A stretch of DNA of 64,000 nucleotides from a virus, in the IMG/VR virus record IMGVR_UViG_3300022699_000302, positions 130,115-194,114 of that record; one strand, written 5' to 3'. Positions 62,646 to 64,000 of the stretch are shown one piece after another. The position numbers and the translations under genes were made by a program. Within the stretch, counting starts at the first letter, position 1; each line of letters starts with the position of its first letter. The notes below the pieces were generated by a model that saw nothing but the letters and a program-made list of their open reading frames with translations, made no database searches and had not been told where the DNA came from.

Positions 62646-64000
62646 CACGCAGCCTCCGAAAACAGCGGAGTCGGGTTGTCGAACCACCGATCTCCCAGTT
62701 TTCTTATTTCTCTGGTCAGACGCTTGACCTGACTATTCCACTCCGGGTAAAGCGGCACCTCCTTCGGCACCTCCTCCTCTTTTTCGTCATCCCAGACCAT
62801 CACCGGGTCCAGGTTTTCATCTTCAATGATTTTGGTTCCGTCTTTGCCTTCAGCCCAGTTATCGACGATATGGACGTCTGCCAGAACCGGCACTTTGAGC
62901 TGAAGCCAGGGGAACTCCATGCAGTACTTGAGAAGCTTAGCTACCTCGAGGGCGTAGTCCTTGTGGACCTCGAATACGACTTCGTCGTGTACCTGCGCTA
63001 CGAAATTGAGGTACTTGGTGTAGCGGGGGTGCTTGACAACTTTCTCGTAGAACTGGGCCAGCATCGCTTTGAGAATGTCAGCGCAGAGCCCTTGAACCTT
63101 GGTGTTGAGTAGGGCACCCGGTGCTACGTTGATGCGTTCGCGGCACTTCTGGCCGTTCCTCCAATATTCTTTGTACATGTCCCACTGTCGCATGCGACGG
63201 GACAGCGGGATCTTCCACTTGCGGATCTTGTCGTAGTTCCACGCTTTGGCATACCGTTCGATCGTATCTTCGATCGCCGAGTACTCCTTGAAGAAGGACT
63301 CGTGCAAGGCTTCCGCCATTTCTACGTCGACCTGGAACTGGCGAGCAAACTTCGGGGGGCCCATCCCGTAGGAGAGGCCGAAGTTGCTGATCTTCGCCAT
63401 GGTGCGCTCGTGCAGGTCTTTCGGGCAGTTTTTCTTGATGCCCTCCAGGGTCTTCTGGTGTAGGTCCGCAATTGAGTAGTCGCGTTCGCCGTCCTCCACA
63501 ACAGTAAATCGCTGGTACTCGGAGAGCATGTTGGGCTCGTTACAGACATGAGCAATGCCTCTAAGCTCGACCTGGCTGTAGTCTGCCACGATTAATACGT
63601 GATCCTTCTTGGCGACAAAAGCGGAGCGCAGCATCTTGCCGATCTTGTGCCGGCTCGGGATCTGCTGCAGGTTCGGATTCTTTGATGTCCACCTTCCGGT
63701 GTCCGTCCCAAACGTGCGGAACAGACAATAGACTCGTTTTTTGGTCTTCATCAACTTGTTGACGAAGGCTTCCCGCAACTTCTTGAATGACCGGAGCTCC
63801 AAGACTTTCTCGGCAAACGGATGCCGGATCTTCTCTTCTCGTTGCTCCCACGGCTCTCGCTCATAGCTGTAGAGCAGGGTCATCTTGTTGGTTTTGTACC
63901 ACGCTACCGAACCGGGGTTTTTCTGTCGGTCCTTTTTCGAGCGTGCTGTTTCCTCCAAACCCTCGTCCAGCAAGCAAACTGCTCCCGCAGCGTTGTAGAG
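62645..64000 (-). CDS. polA: Family A DNA polymerase, polymerase domain (5'-truncated)
   Basis: TGRWTSKNPNLQQIP, motif A ADYSQVELR, motif B RTMAKISNFGLSYG, motif C QVHDE; frame open to base 64000. Confidence 0.96.
   Translation of the reverse strand, partial: LYNAAGAVCLLDEGLEETARSKKDRQKNPGSVAWYKTNKMTLLYSYEREPWEQREEKIRHPFAEKVLELRSFKKLREAFVNKLMKTKKRVYCLFRTFGTDTGRWTSKNPNLQQIPSRHKIGKMLRSAFVAKKDHVLIVADYSQVELRGIAHVCNEPNMLSEYQRFTVVEDGERDYSIADLHQKTLEGIKKNCPKDLHERTMAKISNFGLSYGMGPPKFARQFQVDVEMAEALHESFFKEYSAIEDTIERYAKAWNYDKIRKWKIPLSRRMRQWDMYKEYWRNGQKCRERINVAPGALLNTKVQGLCADILKAMLAQFYEKVVKHPRYTKYLNFVAQVHDEVVFEVHKDYALEVAKLLKYCMEFPWLQLKVPVLADVHIVDNWAEGKDGTKIIEDENLDPVMVWDDEKEEEVPKEVPLYPEWNSQVKRLTREIRKLGDRWFDNPTPLFSEAA

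Noticed and set aside
1-64000. Alternative genetic code or stop-codon reassignment
   Set aside because: Genes with recognisable motifs are intact and tightly coupled in code 11, and TAA, TAG and TGA all end genes.

Overview
The whole 64 kb is a fragment of a large contractile-tailed (myo-type) phage genome, truncated at both ends and read in the standard code. 1-31.1 kb (+): tail, baseplate and fibre genes, Ig/FN3 virion proteins, putative internal head proteins, portal, a 2034-aa fused beta-beta' multisubunit RNA polymerase, central spike and terminase. 31.1-33.5 kb (-): a small accessory island with two membrane proteins, a DIP1984-like coiled-coil gene flanked by two strongly structured non-coding RNA candidates, and its own promoter-like motifs and terminators. 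33.5-51.5 kb (+): head morphogenesis (intein-containing prohead protease, scaffold-like proteins, major capsid, neck), tail sheath and tube. 51.5-64 kb (-): transcription and replication module (sigma70, RuvC-like, Cas4-like, PD-(D/E)xK resolvase, RecA, SF2 helicase, NUDIX, family A DNA polymerase). The most notable unexplained signals are: (i) seven dispersed copies of a 23-bp palindrome TTGGYTKCRTC-N-GAYGMARCCAA, both intergenic and inside genes; (ii) the RNA-protein-RNA cassette at 32.3-33.2 kb; (iii) a pervasive K-x-[A/S/G] motif in head proteins that suggests a protease-processed polyprotein system; (iv) a long-range inverted repeat that brackets one scaffold gene. All product calls come from motif recognition by eye; no database searches were run.
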